DNA of 41,632 nucleotides from a virus: IMG/VR virus record IMGVR_UViG_3300045988_015973, positions 1 to 41,632 of that record; one strand, 5' to 3'. Shown piece by piece: positions 17,301 to 25,121 of this stretch (position 1 is its first letter; each line of letters starts with the position of its first letter). The notes under the pieces were generated by a model. It saw only the letters and a program-made list of their open reading frames with translations, ran no database searches and was not told where the DNA came from. The position numbers and the translations under genes were made by a program.

Positions 17301-20300
17301 ACGATATGCAGAAGGTCAACAGCGCATACACAAAAAAGAACCCCGCCAGCTTCATCCAAAGCAGCGAGGTTTTGTATGCAGATCAAAAAAGAACCATTCC
17401 GCTTCTTCGCCAAACTGGGCTTACAATAGCGTCCCAGCCGCTTCTGCGAAATGGTTCTATTGGTAGTATATCCTACGAAGGAAAAAATGTCAACCTGAAA
17501 GGCGTGCCATTTGGCGAAGTGGTACAGGCCGAACGACAAGGAGGAAACAATGGAAAGAACGTATCTGCTGAAGGACAGGAACGGAATGCTGGTGCGCGTG
17601 CCGGAGAGCAAGCTAGGCGAGTGGAGCAAGCAGCAGGAGGGCGAAGCGAAAGCGCCAGCCGAGGACGAGAAAGAGCGGATCAGGCAAAAAATCTATCAGG
17701 AACTTGGCCTCAAGTAACGAATGCGGAGCTGATCGGCGAGGGCGGAACGCAGAGCACGGTCGCCGTCATGCCGGCGGCGGAAATTCGGAAGAACGTGGAC
17801 GCGAAGAAGGCGGCAGAGTTCTTCCGCACGGCAGGGATCAAGCGCTATCAATTCGTCGTCGGGCAGTTGGAAATCACGGCCGACGGGCGGACGTTCCGCG
17901 CGGACGGCGTGACGCTAGCCGATGGTACAGTGCTGGTGCGGCTGGACAGCGAGGAATATTCCGCGACGCAGCTTGCCAAGCACGAAGGGTATCACATCAT
18001 TGCACAGCGCAACGCTGAGATGGCGCAGCGCATCCGCAAGCGGCTGGTGGCCGAGGGAAAGATCAGTAAGGCGCAGATCGACAGCTACATCGACGCCTAC
18101 AACGCGATCTACGGAGACAACACGGACGCCTACGTTGAGGAAATCGTAGCGGACGCCTACGCCGGGATCAACCGCACGGCCTACGGCACGAACAACATCC
18201 GCGCCGAGGTGACGATGGAGGCTGGGCAGTGGACGAAGAAGTCCGGCAGCGCGAGGGCGCCGCCAGAATTGCAATTCTCAGCCAGTGCGGAGCAGGCGAA
18301 AAACGACCAGACGGAAACAGAAGCCTTTAAGAAATGGTTTGGCGATTGGCAGAATCACCCGGAGCGCGCAAGCAAGGTGGTCAATGCGGATGGAACGCCG
18401 AAGGTGGTCTATCATGGGACATTGGCGCATGGTCTGCATGAGTTTAAGAAATCATTCATCGGTAGTCGATTCAGTTTCGACGAAACGGGTTTTTTCTTTA
18501 CAGACAATAAAAGTCTCGCGCAGGACTACGCAACAGGTGATTTCGATAACAGTAAAGGAGAGGTTATACCGGCGTACCTAAATGTGCGCAGACCATTGGT
18601 TTTTGATTCCCAGTATGCTTTGAAGAATGGTTATGGAAAAGTGTTCCGAGAAAATGATGCGGTAGATGTATGGGACGCATATCAAGGCGCGATTTTGGAC
18701 GAAGCACAGGAAATGCGTGCGGACGGTATTATTGTAAATGACGGTACGTCGGAGATGGTGGTCGTCTTTGAACCGAACCAAATCAAGAGCGCGACGGACA
18801 ACGTCGGGACGTTTAATAGGTACAACCCGGACATCCGATTCTCGGCCAGTGCGGAGCAGATCAGCGAGCAGGACAGAGAGAATCTGAACAAAGTGCTGGA
18901 AATGATGGACGCGGAAAATGACGGCATTTTCCGGGACGCGGTGCTACTGCGAAATCCGAAAATGCTGCAAAAGCTTGTGGCGGAACGCGGAAAAACGGAA
19001 AGCGCTGCATTCACGCGGTGGTTTGGGAACAGCAAAGCGGCCAACCGGAACGGCGAGCCGCTGCTGGTGTTCCATGGAGCGGGTGCAAGGTTTACCAAGT
19101 TCGATGCGGGCGGAAAGCCGATTTGGCTGACAGCGAACATCCAGTATGCAGAAAAGTATTCCACGGCGAATAGAGCTGCTGAGAAACTGCTGCCAAGCTC
19201 GTCAATTTATGCGGGGAACGTTGACAGGGTGATCCCAGCGTATATCCGTGTCGAAAATCCGGCGAACGTTGGGGACACGGACGGCGGGTTTGATGGAAAC
19301 TATATGGATCTAGCGAAACGGATCGGAGTGCGCCCAAGTGAACTGCGGCAGGCATGGGAAGAAGCCGGAAGACCGGAAATGTTGTGGCAAGCGGTCAACT
19401 CGAAGCAGATGTCAGAGCTGCTGAAACGGAATGGGTATGATGGAATCCAAGCGATTGAGAACGGTGTAGCAACATGGGCAGTGCTGGAACCGACGCAAAT
19501 CAAATCTGCCGTGGCAAACAACGGCGCATTCAGTCTGAAAAGCGCAGACATCCGGTATGCTTCGGCACAGCAGCGGTTCCGGGATGCACTGCCGGAGCGG
19601 GCGGCGGAATATGTAGCTAGGACGGAAAACACACTGGTGCGGCGGCTGGCAGACAATCTGAGCGTGCCGGAGACGGCGAAGCGCGAGACGCTGCGGCCAA
19701 TCGCCGACGAGATCATCTACGACGTACTGCGCGGCGGCGAGATGAACAGCGCGAAGCTGAACCGGCTCTTTGAACAGGCATGGGACGCCGGGCGGGAAGC
19801 CGACACGGAATACTATGAGCAGTACAAGGATGTGCGCGAGAAAATCCGCACGCAGAAGCTTTTTATCTCGGCGAAAGACCGGGCGGACATTGCGGACTTT
19901 AACCTGTTCCGCAAGCAGACCATGGGCACGCTGCGCCTTTCCAGCGATGGATTGCCGGTCGACACGTTCTATCAGGAGATGCGGGACATGGCACCGGAGC
20001 TGTTCCCGGCGAGCATCACCGCACCGAGCGACCAGCTCTTGCAACTCTATGAGGTGGCGCAGAGCATCCAGAAGCGCGAAAAGACGCTGAGCGAAGCGTT
20101 TGGCGCACAGGCCGAGAGCTTCAAGACGTGGGCGCGGAATGACTTTGATGAATCCGTGCAGCGGCTTGCGGAAGGAATCCGCATTGCGAAGCGCTATCAG
20201 GAAGCGCAGGAGCGCAAGAAAGAGAAGCTGGGCGTGCCGCAGACGGCAGAGGAAGCCATGGAGCTTGCGAAGGAGGTCAAGGCCGAGAAGAAGAAATTTC

Positions 20301-23191
20301 AGAAGGTGCAGAGCCGGTATTTGCTGACGGACGCAGACCAGAAGGTCGTGAATATGCTGCTGCGCGGAGACACGACGCCGGAAGCGGTACAGAACCGGGA
20401 GAACGCGGAAGCGATCCTGAAAACCTACGAAGCGAAAGCGGACTATGATCTGCTGGCGCTGCGGCTGAAAGCATGGAACAACACGCGCAAGGAGAATCTG
20501 CAAGAGCAAGCGGAGAACGCGTTGAATGCGGCGGAGGCAGAGAAGTGGGTCGACAAGAGTTCGGGACTTGCGTATATGCGCGAGACCATGGAGCGGAACA
20601 TCCGGGACATTGCGAAGAAGGGCAAGGTTGCGGATGAGAAGGCCGAGGCGTTCAACAACGAGTATTTCTACCCGGTGCACAAGAACGAGAGCGACCGAAA
20701 GAGCTACGTCGTCGGCTTGCAAGACAGGATCAAAGCGCTGGATCTCGGCCGGAAGGTGGAGAAGGGGAATCTGGTTTCGGAGAGCTACGCGGTGCAGTGG
20801 CTCGGGGAAGCGGAATTCAACCGGAAGTATCTGGCGGAGCATCCGCGCGTGAAACAGCGCGGCGGATTTGGCTACGAGGAATGGAATGCGGCAATTCAAA
20901 AATTCCACGAGGAAAACCCGAGACTGGACTACGCGAAGATCGAACACGCCGTGAAGGAATTCAGAAGCATCTACGATCAGCTCTATCAGGACATGAACCG
21001 CGTGCGGATGGAAAACGGATATGAGCCGGTCGATTATATGCAGGGGTATTTCCCGCATTTTCAGGAGAACGACAAGGACGGGAGCCTGCTGACACGATTC
21101 GGACGGCACCTCGGAATTACGGACGAGGTGACGCCGTTGCCCGCGACGATCAACGGACTGACGCAGTCGTTCCGGCCGGGCATCCGGTATATGGCAAACA
21201 TCCAGCAGCGGCTCGGCTATGCGACGGCATACGACGCGCTGCAAGGCTTTGACCGGTACATTGAGGTTGCATCGGACGTCATCTACCACACGGCAGACAT
21301 TCAGCGACTCCGGGCGCTGGCCACACAGATCCGCTACCGCGCGAGCGACGAGGGGATCAAGAAACGGATCAAGGCAATTTTGCAGGACGCGACGCTGACA
21401 CCGGATGAAGCAAACGAGCGGGTGGCGCAGATGACGAAAGACGCGCCGTTTGCGCTCTCGAACTTCGTGGCGGAGCTGGACGAGTACACAAATCTGCTTG
21501 CCGGGAAGAAGTCGCGGCTCGACCGCGGCATGGAGAAGATGCTGGGGCGGAAATTCTACAACGTCTGCAAAGCCTTTGAATCCCGCGTGGGCGCAAACAT
21601 GGTGGCGGCGAACATCGGCTCGGCGCTGACGAACTTCATTCCGCTGACGCAGGCATGGAGTCAGGTGTCATCGGCGGATATGCTGCACGGGATGTGGCAA
21701 ACGCTGCAAAACTACAAGACGGCGGACGGACTGGACGCGGCTTCAACCTTCATCCACAACCGAAGCGGCTATGGGCGGCTCGCGATGTCGACCATGGACA
21801 AGGTTTCGGAAAAGGCAGCATTTTTGATGGAAGCCGTCGACGGATTCACGACCGGAAGCGTCGTCCGGGCACGGTATCTGCAAAACCTCCGGCTTGGCAT
21901 GAGCGAGGTGAACGCGATGCAGGAGGCAGACCAGTTCGCGGCAAACATCATGGCAGACCGCAGCAAAGGCGCGACGCCGACGATCTACTCGGCGCGAAAT
22001 CCGATCATCAAACTCTTTACGCAGTTCCAGTTGGAGGTCAATAACGAACTGAGCTGGATCTTCAAGGACATGATCCCGCAGGAGCGGAAGAAGGGCGTGG
22101 CGCAGCTTGCAAAGGCGCTCTTTAAGTTTTTGATCGGCGCGTGGCTCTACAATGAGGTCTATGAAGCCATTGCCGGCAGACGCGCGGCGCTCGATCCGCT
22201 GGACATCCTCAATGATAGTGTGGGAGATTTCACAGGGTATCAGCTGCCGAACACGGTGCAGTCGGCGCTCTCAGGACGGTGGGACTTCACAAAGGAGAAG
22301 CCGGGGACGTATCAGGCGATCAAAAATCTCGGCGGAAACCTCATCAGCGAGCTGCCGGGGACGCAGATGCTCACGGTGCTCGGACTGGATGAGAAGTGGG
22401 GATTGGAGATCGACAGCGGACGCATTGCGGTTTCGTCGGCCATTCCGAACATCGGGAACATCGAAAAGGCATTGCTTGCCAGCAACGAGGACATTGCCCC
22501 GAAGAAGAAAGTGCAGACGGTGGTGAACGAGCTGGCAAACCCGGCGGCCTATCTGGCGCTGCCGTTCGGCGGCGGGCAGATCAAGAAGATGGCACAGGGC
22601 GCGCAGGCCGTCGTGCAGGGCGGCAGCTACAAGGCGGACAACGAGGGACGCGACATCCTGCAATATCCGATCTACAATGACAAGCCGGGCGAGATGGCAA
22701 AGAATCTGGCGCAGGCGCTGCTCTTTGGCAAGACGGCGACGGAGGAAGCGCAGGGATGGATTGAAAGCGGATTCAAGAATCTGAGCGCGAAGGAGACGGC
22801 GGCCTATCAGGAGATGACCGCAGCCGGAGCGGATCAGCGGGACAGCTATACCTTCGTCGGAGCGATGAAGAAGCTGGATAGCAAGGAGGCGAAGCTCACG
22901 ATGCTGTTCGCCTACGATCTGCCGGAGGAAGGGAAGACGGCGTATTATTATAATGCGCTGGCCGACGATACGGAGCGCGGGAAGATGGATGCACTGGAAG
23001 AGCAGGGCGTTTCCCATTCGGACTATGTCGCGTTCCGAAAGGCGTACTTCGGCGCATACGGGACGCAGAGCGTGTCGCAGGAGCGGGTGAACGCGGCGCT
23101 CGATCAGTTGGACATTCCGAAGGCAGAGAAAGCGGCCATCTGGCGAAGCTGCAACAAGGACTGGAAGGAAGAAAACAATCCGTACAAGTAA
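14345..23191 (+). CDS. Giant (2948 aa) polyvalent virion/ejection protein with two DT-like ADP-ribosyltransferase modules, a zincin motif and a nuclease-like module
   Basis: One uninterrupted ORF. MuF_C/PBECR-like block at about 17.02-17.40 kb (from memory). HEGYH motif at 17981-17995. ART1 at about 18.31-18.86 kb reads VVYHGT, GFFFTDNKSLAQDY, VVFEPNQIKSA. ART2 at about 19.0-19.56 kb reads LVFHGAG, WLTANIQYAEKY, AVLEPTQIKSA. Hydrophobic helices lie at about 21.59-21.65 and 22.11-22.18 kb. Confidence 0.8.
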   Translation: MALIPLEKAIAKARANQSKNEKYSTTSLMSPNDARAQQEIGMQQRRTAFENYKAARAAMQQQAQRQVTQGYERRADAMGTVARGYGQSNMPTVAKKTAYENYTYALKQKELRQKQMSGKPLTPEEQKILNTTVYRDPAQAANAENNKYQNQAVQNVESEEQITKHQFDHTPEMVKQYGSYENYKRGLYDNEYVGVLKEREDELDGQIKELEQQIRTRQAEAETATEEGVRRENERKELIKQGKLEGISDMEARLAQLQQEQMQLQSERAMKRSHMAIDPLDDETKALLREYNAGGMYTRDYSKQNGGSGLSKMEARADLRAKGYSEDEIKSLAEYEQRLRDYENAMIQAEDMQRFGQEHPYISTAASALMAPAKALGNIESVRGVLPKGFGGYQNADMPTNIYSPLYNASRVSGSIRSGVMQNMGTVGQFLYQAGTSALDSAVNMAASIGLVGAAGLGTGAAAQGAVANTMNFVMGSQVAADSVYEGIQNGKSNVDALIDGIVEGAIEGITEKYSVGDIIETMLSGKAAWRKVVRAFASEGAEEIANNWLNRIYDVTAKRGRGEVETAYRAYLAKGMSERDAMAAMVKDFAEEDGLSFLAGGLSGWAMSGTYAALGRGASEANIQWTAAQAIQRGEVQDVIDLGLAQGEGTRAYAQAEQVQKTMDEGGEATQKDVAGVLREYVKEQRDAAEEAQSGDQTQENQTYQNFKNAVQSAEQPQTEHEQAQRQQNQQSQGVDLYDEDGSLLDVGEGWAEIDPEQYAGQQTAQAEAEMDKAEAAADNAYLERQVQKNGYDDLTAAYFVNGNTTDLSVEEYAAKFQKAYERGQMGVSKEWTVGAAVGMNRDVATAAWAAGRKAAQQSGAAQYSISKDYRQKLRQWNRDGKPEGASFELGTTGATLQGLGAAESDIYMNGDKINTILKEHPEITLREVERIPEILEDPVLILKSKTGRGDNSRLVLFGSVKAKNGQPMMAVLDLRATEDGFLLDDMQKVNSAYTKKNPASFIQSSEVLYADQKRTIPLLRQTGLTIASQPLLRNGSIGSISYEGKNVNLKGVPFGEVVQAERQGGNNGKNVSAEGQERNAGARAGEQARRVEQAAGGRSESASRGRERADQAKNLSGTWPQVTNAELIGEGGTQSTVAVMPAAEIRKNVDAKKAAEFFRTAGIKRYQFVVGQLEITADGRTFRADGVTLADGTVLVRLDSEEYSATQLAKHEGYHIIAQRNAEMAQRIRKRLVAEGKISKAQIDSYIDAYNAIYGDNTDAYVEEIVADAYAGINRTAYGTNNIRAEVTMEAGQWTKKSGSARAPPELQFSASAEQAKNDQTETEAFKKWFGDWQNHPERASKVVNADGTPKVVYHGTLAHGLHEFKKSFIGSRFSFDETGFFFTDNKSLAQDYATGDFDNSKGEVIPAYLNVRRPLVFDSQYALKNGYGKVFRENDAVDVWDAYQGAILDEAQEMRADGIIVNDGTSEMVVVFEPNQIKSATDNVGTFNRYNPDIRFSASAEQISEQDRENLNKVLEMMDAENDGIFRDAVLLRNPKMLQKLVAERGKTESAAFTRWFGNSKAANRNGEPLLVFHGAGARFTKFDAGGKPIWLTANIQYAEKYSTANRAAEKLLPSSSIYAGNVDRVIPAYIRVENPANVGDTDGGFDGNYMDLAKRIGVRPSELRQAWEEAGRPEMLWQAVNSKQMSELLKRNGYDGIQAIENGVATWAVLEPTQIKSAVANNGAFSLKSADIRYASAQQRFRDALPERAAEYVARTENTLVRRLADNLSVPETAKRETLRPIADEIIYDVLRGGEMNSAKLNRLFEQAWDAGREADTEYYEQYKDVREKIRTQKLFISAKDRADIADFNLFRKQTMGTLRLSSDGLPVDTFYQEMRDMAPELFPASITAPSDQLLQLYEVAQSIQKREKTLSEAFGAQAESFKTWARNDFDESVQRLAEGIRIAKRYQEAQERKKEKLGVPQTAEEAMELAKEVKAEKKKFQKVQSRYLLTDADQKVVNMLLRGDTTPEAVQNRENAEAILKTYEAKADYDLLALRLKAWNNTRKENLQEQAENALNAAEAEKWVDKSSGLAYMRETMERNIRDIAKKGKVADEKAEAFNNEYFYPVHKNESDRKSYVVGLQDRIKALDLGRKVEKGNLVSESYAVQWLGEAEFNRKYLAEHPRVKQRGGFGYEEWNAAIQKFHEENPRLDYAKIEHAVKEFRSIYDQLYQDMNRVRMENGYEPVDYMQGYFPHFQENDKDGSLLTRFGRHLGITDEVTPLPATINGLTQSFRPGIRYMANIQQRLGYATAYDALQGFDRYIEVASDVIYHTADIQRLRALATQIRYRASDEGIKKRIKAILQDATLTPDEANERVAQMTKDAPFALSNFVAELDEYTNLLAGKKSRLDRGMEKMLGRKFYNVCKAFESRVGANMVAANIGSALTNFIPLTQAWSQVSSADMLHGMWQTLQNYKTADGLDAASTFIHNRSGYGRLAMSTMDKVSEKAAFLMEAVDGFTTGSVVRARYLQNLRLGMSEVNAMQEADQFAANIMADRSKGATPTIYSARNPIIKLFTQFQLEVNNELSWIFKDMIPQERKKGVAQLAKALFKFLIGAWLYNEVYEAIAGRRAALDPLDILNDSVGDFTGYQLPNTVQSALSGRWDFTKEKPGTYQAIKNLGGNLISELPGTQMLTVLGLDEKWGLEIDSGRIAVSSAIPNIGNIEKALLASNEDIAPKKKVQTVVNELANPAAYLALPFGGGQIKKMAQGAQAVVQGGSYKADNEGRDILQYPIYNDKPGEMAKNLAQALLFGKTATEEAQGWIESGFKNLSAKETAAYQEMTAAGADQRDSYTFVGAMKKLDSKEAKLTMLFAYDLPEEGKTAYYYNALADDTERGKMDALEEQGVSHSDYVAFRKAYFGAYGTQSVSQERVNAALDQLDIPKAEKAAIWRSCNKDWKEENNPYK
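17550..17717 (+). CDS. Candidate overprinted 55-aa gene in the +1 frame of the giant ORF
   Basis: The sequence aaggaggaaacaATG gives a perfect SD and spacing. The product is MERTYLLKDRNGMLVRVPESKLGEWSKQQEGEAKAPAEDEKERIRQKIYQELGLK. By hand count, GC3 is about 75% in this frame and about 32% in the giant frame over the same stretch. Confidence 0.5.
   Translation: MERTYLLKDRNGMLVRVPESKLGEWSKQQEGEAKAPAEDEKERIRQKIYQELGLK
18274..18295 (+). repeat. Direct repeat, left copy (attctcagccagtgcggagcag)
   Basis: Matches 21 of 22 nt of the copy at 18838-18859. Encodes the FSASAEQ linker. Confidence 0.85.
18838..18859 (+). repeat. Direct repeat, right copy (attctcggccagtgcggagcag)
   Basis: Lies 564 nt downstream of the left copy. 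The pair brackets the low-GC ART1 module. Confidence 0.85.
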
Positions 23192-23192
23192 C

Positions 23193-23227
23193 AAAAAACC
23201 GGAGCGGGATGACCGCTCCGGTTTTTT
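23193..23227. terminator. Bidirectional intrinsic terminator
   Basis: Structure is A6, then stem ccggagcgg, loop gatga, stem ccgctccgg, then T6. Lies between the convergent giant ORF and the minus-strand gene at 23226..23528. Confidence 0.8.
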
Positions 23228-23528
23228 ACTGGGCTTTTTTTAGTTCAGCGATCTGCTCGCTGTGCAGCTTGATAATGGATTTCAGGAAATCGACCTCTTC
23301 CTCCAGCTCTTCCACGCGGCTTTTCGGGGCGAGCGTTTCAAGCAGCGTCTGTTGGCCTTCGGCGAGAAGATTGAATTTCGGCATAATTGAAGATTCGATA
23401 AGAACGCGCGTGGCGGCGGAGGTCTCCTGAAGAATCTCTTTTTTCTGGGCCTCCATTGCATCCATCATGCGGGCAGTCTGTGTGTCGAGCAAATCCTTAA
23501 TGAGTGCCAAATCGTTCTTGTCCAGCAT
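23226..23528 (-). CDS. Coiled-coil hypothetical protein (moron antisense to the late operon)
   Basis: 100 aa with SD aggagg. Has its own promoter and terminator and is heptad-rich. Confidence 0.7.
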   Translation of the reverse strand: MLDKNDLALIKDLLDTQTARMMDAMEAQKKEILQETSAATRVLIESSIMPKFNLLAEGQQTLLETLAPKSRVEELEEEVDFLKSIIKLHSEQIAELKKAQ

Positions 23529-23559
23529 AAAATATTCTCCTCCTGTTTGAGATAAGAAC

Positions 23560-23589
23560 AGTATAGCGCGCGGAGGGCGGAGCCGTCAA
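23560..23589 (-). promoter_or_regulatory. Sigma-70-type promoter for 23226..23528
   Basis: On the minus strand: TTGACG, 18-nt spacer, TATACT, about 30 nt upstream of the SD. Confidence 0.55.
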
Positions 23590-23651
23590 GTGCTGCGTGG
23601 GGTGAATCTGCCGGTAGGAGCTGTTACACTGAGGGAAAGGAGTTGATGAAA

Positions 23652-24002
23652 ATGGGAATTCCAATTCCGGGGGCATACGCAAGCCCGCGAATCTCGAACG
23701 GCGTGCTGTGCTGGTATGCCGGAGATACATTCAGCGTCGTCATTCAGGCGGATCTTGTCGATCAGGACGGAGCGGCCGTGGACATTGGGGCGACGGACAC
23801 GGTGAAGATCACGTTCCGAGATGACACGCGGGCGGAGGTTTGGAGCAAGACGTTTTCGAACGTCGCGAACAATCAGGTGACGCTTGTGGTCGATGCGGAG
23901 ATCAGCGCGAAGTTCCCGAAGGGCAGCTACACCTACGACGTGGAATTTTCGCACGGAGACCGGACGACGCTGGCGCGGGACAACAAAGTCCGGGTGGAAT
24001 GA
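23652..24002 (+). CDS. Small beta-rich fibre-module protein
   Basis: Track ORF 23643..24002. ATG 23652 lies 9 nt after aaaggag (23646 is also possible). Confidence 0.6.
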   Translation: MGIPIPGAYASPRISNGVLCWYAGDTFSVVIQADLVDQDGAAVDIGATDTVKITFRDDTRAEVWSKTFSNVANNQVTLVVDAEISAKFPKGSYTYDVEFSHGDRTTLARDNKVRVE

Positions 24003-24011
24003 GGTGAGACA

Positions 24012-25121
24012 GTGAAGGTTGAAATTCCGAACAGTATTTTGGTCACATTGAGCGGGCAGACCTCGCGCGGCGTGAAGGGCATTGAAGTCCGCGAGGCGGA
24101 CGGCCATCTGATCTTTACGCTGACGGACGGAAAAGAGCTGGATATGGGTTCCGTCATGGGGCCGCAGGGGCCGAAGGGAGACACTGGCGCGAAAGGCGAG
24201 AAGGGCGACCGAGGGGAGAAAGGTGACACTGGCGCAACGGGCGCAACGGGCGCAAAGGGCGAAACCGGCGCGACGGGCGCGACCGGCCCGCAGGGCATCA
24301 CGCCCACCATCGGGGAGAATGAGAACTGGTATCTTGGAAATGTTGACACCGGGAAGCCATCCCGAGGCCGCCAAGGCGAGAAAGGCGAGACCGGGGCCAA
24401 GGGCGAAACTGGCGCAACGGGAGCAACAGGCCCACAGGGCGAGACGGGGCCAAGAGGGCCGCAGGGCTTGCAGGGCGTTCAGGGCGAACCCGGCAAGGGA
24501 TTGACCATCTCTGGCTACTACGCAACGGCGCAGGCGCTGGCCGCTGCGGTGACGAATCCAACGGCTGGCGACGCTTACGGCGTGGGCACGGCAGAACCGT
24601 ATGACATTTACATCTACGACGGTGTGACCTCTGCGTGGGTCAACAACGGCCCCTTGCAGGGCGCGAAGGGTGAGAAGGGAGACAAGGGCGACACAGGCGC
24701 ACAGGGAGAACCGGGCAAAGACGGCAGCCCCGGTGCGGCTGGCGCACCCGGCGCGACGGGCACGACCTTCACGCCGTCCGTATCAGCGGACGGGACGCTC
24801 AGCTGGACGAACGACGGCGGGAAGGACAATCCTGCCTCGGTGAACATCAAAGGCCAACAGGGCGAACAGGGGCCGCAGGGCGACCCCGGCGCGAAAGGTG
24901 AAAAAGGCGAGAAAGGTGAACCAGGCGCGGCAGGCGCGACCGGCCCGGAGGGGCCGCAGGGCGAACCTGGCGTGAAAGGCGACCCCGGCGCGACCGGCCC
25001 GCAAGGCCCCGCCGGTCACACGCCGGTGAAGGGGACGGATTACTGGACGGCGGCGGATCAGACGAGCATGGTCAATGACGTGCTGGCGGCGCTGCCGACG
25101 TGGAGCGGAGGTGCGTACTGA
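24012..25121 (+). CDS. Collagen-like triple-helix-repeat tail fibre protein
   Basis: GTG start follows aggtga. Four Gly-X-Y tracts are separated by globular segments. Confidence 0.85.
   Translation: MKVEIPNSILVTLSGQTSRGVKGIEVREADGHLIFTLTDGKELDMGSVMGPQGPKGDTGAKGEKGDRGEKGDTGATGATGAKGETGATGATGPQGITPTIGENENWYLGNVDTGKPSRGRQGEKGETGAKGETGATGATGPQGETGPRGPQGLQGVQGEPGKGLTISGYYATAQALAAAVTNPTAGDAYGVGTAEPYDIYIYDGVTSAWVNNGPLQGAKGEKGDKGDTGAQGEPGKDGSPGAAGAPGATGTTFTPSVSADGTLSWTNDGGKDNPASVNIKGQQGEQGPQGDPGAKGEKGEKGEPGAAGATGPEGPQGEPGVKGDPGATGPQGPAGHTPVKGTDYWTAADQTSMVNDVLAALPTWSGGAY
24159..25016 (+). repeat. Four coding Gly-X-Y (9-nt periodic) repeat tracts
   Basis: The tracts lie at about 24159-24296, 24366-24497, 24660-24761 and 24852-25016, for example ggcgcaacgggcgcaacgggcgcaaagggc. 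Confidence 0.85.

Noticed and set aside
17481-17496. Programmed frameshift at the A-run (ggaaaaaatg) to reach the embedded ORF frame
   Set aside because: The embedded frame is +1 relative to the giant frame and has a TGA at 17496-17498 downstream of the A-run. Slippage there would terminate at once, so independent initiation at ATG 17550 explains the data better.
14345-23191. Giant protein as an N4-like or crAss-like virion RNA polymerase
   Set aside because: The size and the N4-like capsid suggested it. However, I could not find any polymerase-like catalytic motif in the translation. The recognisable motifs are ART, zincin and nuclease-like. The phage also has ordinary sigma-70-type early promoters.
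14351-23194. Many ORFs inside or antisense to the giant gene (for example 16556..17629, 19412..21289 and 22271..23194 on the minus strand; 16404..16733, 17704..18018 and 18285..18581 on the plus strand)
   Set aside because: Their translations are Arg-rich, off-frame-looking strings with no SD and no codon bias. Only 17550..17717 differs, and it is kept as a finding.
24159-25016. Highly periodic nucleotide repeats as a possible non-coding tandem array or CRISPR-like array
   Set aside because: The periodicity is 9 nt (Gly-X-Y) inside a long ORF with good context, so these are collagen-like coding repeats. There is no repeat-spacer architecture anywhere in the window.
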